A stretch of 32,000 bases of DNA, from positions 180,001 through 212,000 of the forward strand of contig NZ_CP124549.1 of assembly GCF_030253515.1 (NCBI RefSeq), given 5' to 3'. The notes under the pieces are model-generated. The model saw only the letters and a list, made by a program, of their open reading frames with translations. It ran no database searches and was not told the origin of the DNA. The DNA is from Candidatus Nanosynbacter lyticus. Its GTDB lineage: Bacteria; Patescibacteriota; Saccharimonadia; Saccharimonadales; Saccharimonadaceae. A program made the position numbers and the translations under genes. Below, piece after piece: positions 31,149 to 32,000 of this stretch (within the stretch, counting starts at the first letter, position 1; the number at the start of each line of letters is the position of its first letter).

Positions 31149-31847
31149 ATGATTGAACTAAAAGATGTAACGAAGATTTACGGCAAAAAGAAAAACCAAT
31201 TTACCGCGCTGAAAAATGTCAGCTTGACTATTCCGACAGGAGCCAGCGTGGCAATCCTCGGCAAATCTGGTTCTGGAAAATCGACGCTGATGCACGCGAT
31301 TTCCGGGCTGGACAGGCCGCAGCACGGCCAGGTGATCATCGACGGGCAAGACATCTTGCAGCTGAAGCCGAAGCGCGTCGATGAGTTTCGCGCCAAGAAA
31401 ATCGGCTTCATCTTCCAGAGTTTTTTTGTCCAAGGCAATGAGAGCGTGGTTGATAACGTTAGCTTGCCGCTGGAAATTGCCCGGTTGCCGCGCAAAAAGC
31501 GAGCGCACAAAATTAACGCGGCGCTTAAGGCGGTGGATTTGTACGATAAGCGCAAAAACCGTGCCAAAGATTTGTCGGGCGGGCAAAAGCAGCGCTTGGC
31601 GATTGCTAGGGCGATTGTCGGCGATCCGCAAATCATCTTTGCCGACGAGCCGACCGGCAACCTGGACAGCGAAACTGGTGCTAAGGTGGAAGGATTGCTA
31701 TTTGATTATAATAAGCAAAAGGGTGTCACGCTGATTGTAGTGACACACGACGTCGACCTGGCGAAGAAATGCGATTATCAGATCATAATTAAAGACGGGC
31801 GGGTTGAGAAATCGACCGTGCCAGAGGAGAAAAAGCATGGACGTTAG
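31149..31847 (+). CDS. ABC transporter ATP-binding protein (MacB/LolD-like)
   Basis: Walker A GKSGSGKST, signature LSGGQKQRLAIARA, Walker B IIFADEPTGNLD, and H-loop VTHD. Confidence 0.93.
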   Translation: MIELKDVTKIYGKKKNQFTALKNVSLTIPTGASVAILGKSGSGKSTLMHAISGLDRPQHGQVIIDGQDILQLKPKRVDEFRAKKIGFIFQSFFVQGNESVVDNVSLPLEIARLPRKKRAHKINAALKAVDLYDKRKNRAKDLSGGQKQRLAIARAIVGDPQIIFADEPTGNLDSETGAKVEGLLFDYNKQKGVTLIVVTHDVDLAKKCDYQIIIKDGRVEKSTVPEEKKHGR

Positions 31848-32000
31848 TGCTTACGCCGAAAGCTTAGCGATTCAGCTGCGTAAAGGTTTTTTGGTGTACT
31901 GCGTACTGTTAGTGTGTGCTAAACAACCACAGTACACTGGTGATATCGTCAAGCAACTGAGCGAGTCGGAGCTGATGGTGGTTGAGGGGACAATTTACCC
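31837..32000 (+). CDS. PadR-family transcriptional regulator, N-terminal 54 codons (runs off the window)
   Basis: ATG 31837 follows SD gaggag (31824-31829) and overlaps the ATPase stop by 11 nt. The translation MDVSAYAESLAIQLRKGFLVYCVLLVCAKQPQYTGDIVKQLSESELMVVEGTIYP shows the PadR winged-helix pattern (..G.l....L.....p.YG..i...l......v.eGtlYP). Confidence 0.6.
   Translation, partial: MDVSAYAESLAIQLRKGFLVYCVLLVCAKQPQYTGDIVKQLSESELMVVEGTIY

Noticed and set aside
1-32000. I checked for alternative genetic code (UGA recoding), tRNA or rRNA genes, CRISPR repeats, and transposase, integrase or phage genes.
   Set aside because: TGA clearly terminates well-aligned genes (parA, frr, the NTase ORF). 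No tRNA-like T-arm or cloverleaf sequence, spaced direct repeats or mobile-element proteins were seen in any frame.

Overview
This is a compact chromosomal core region with almost no non-coding DNA. It uses the standard genetic code: TGA acts as a stop, for example in the parA/parB ATGA overlap. I call about 35 CDS and found no rRNA, tRNA, CRISPR array, transposase or integrase by eye. The gene content and the reduced gene forms (ProRS without an editing insertion, a 198-aa EF-Ts) suggest a Patescibacteria/CPR genome, most like Saccharibacteria (TM7). That assignment is inference only. Recognisable genes in order are: ileS (3' part), a Tim44-like/DUF3137 membrane protein, galU, rplU, parA, parB, lepB(-), an LCP-family protein, a polytopic membrane protein, an HtrA-like protease, prmC(-), prfA(-), rpmE(-), rpsB, tsf, recF(-), frr, a small nucleotidyltransferase-fold protein, uppS, rseP, a CPBP protease, proS, greA, a DUF2207 protein, a CNNM/CBS protein, a MacB-like ABC permease plus ATPase, and the start of a PadR-family regulator. 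Two conserved syntenic blocks, rpmE-prfA-prmC and rpsB-tsf-frr-uppS-rseP-proS, are still recognisable. Seven ORFs with no motif I can recognise sit at or beside their junctions (11516, 13323, 14766, 17088, 18573, c20713, c26982). Three of them, wedged antisense between prmC, prfA, rpmE and rpsB, carry a near-identical promoter module of about 30 bp (TTGACAAA...AGAGTA-TA-T). This is my best candidate for an undescribed, co-regulated lineage-specific gene set, but its function cannot be read from the sequence. Other points worth a second look are listed below.
- About ten genes have a -10 box 6-9 nt upstream of the start codon, which suggests leaderless mRNAs.
- A tandem-repeat/palindrome operator candidate lies in front of the ABC-PadR operon.
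- PrmC has an NLPY variant of the NPPY motif.
- L31 carries a Lys/Ala-rich tail.
- There are candidate leader structures upstream of rpsB and greA.
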